The notes under the pieces: model-generated
What the model was told of the DNA's origin: nothing
What the model saw: only the letters and a program-made list of their open reading frames with translations
Databases searched by the model: none
Part shown: in pieces, positions 57,483 through 57,484 of the stretch
Position numbering within the stretch: the stretch's first letter is position 1
How the letters are laid out: each line of letters begins with the position of its first letter
NCBI GenBank assembly: GCA_023139205.1
Contig: JAGLOA010000004.1
Span: forward strand, 1 to 57,484
Direction: 5' to 3'
DNA: 57,484 nucleotides
Source of the DNA: Candidatus Pacearchaeota archaeon
Lineage (GTDB): Archaea > Nanobdellota > Nanobdellia > Pacearchaeales > GW2011-AR1
Position numbers and translations under genes: made by a program

Positions 57483-57484
57483 GT

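Noticed and set aside
1-57484. CRISPR array, rRNA, integrase or transposase
   Set aside because: No regularly spaced repeats, rRNA-like segments or recombinase/transposase catalytic motifs were seen.

Overview
AT-rich archaeal chromosomal window, most consistent with a DPANN archaeon (probably Pacearchaeota; this is inferred from gene content and style, not from a search). It carries housekeeping genes (rps17e, glyS, rnz, Sm, rps8e, tfb, rpl44e, rps3ae, GINS, two phosphoglycerate mutases, ftsY, ffh, bud32, rps15, a RecJ-like DHH protein, eIF2alpha, nop10, ndk, radA), six tRNA genes (one with a 52-nt intron) and several very large Cys-rich or acidic surface proteins. The main unexplained pattern: seven conserved genes (tRNA-CAT, tRNA-Leu, tRNA-Gln, apgM, ftsY, ffh, DHH) are each followed by an insert and then a second copy of their own last ~17-55 nt. 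In ftsY and DHH the two copies differ mostly at synonymous sites; in tRNA-CAT the differences fall in the T-stem. Inserts range from 70-100 nt hairpin modules, through single genes, to a 2-kb HicAB island. A clearly related hairpin module, with three compensatory base-pair changes, also interrupts the 5' end of bud32. No integrase is visible in the window. Also notable: a 2657-aa exported protein with two NlpC/P60-like Cys/His domains, in an apparent operon with a class III signal peptide protein and a small RHH-like regulator behind a perfect inverted repeat, and a GlyRS with an extra N-terminal domain.
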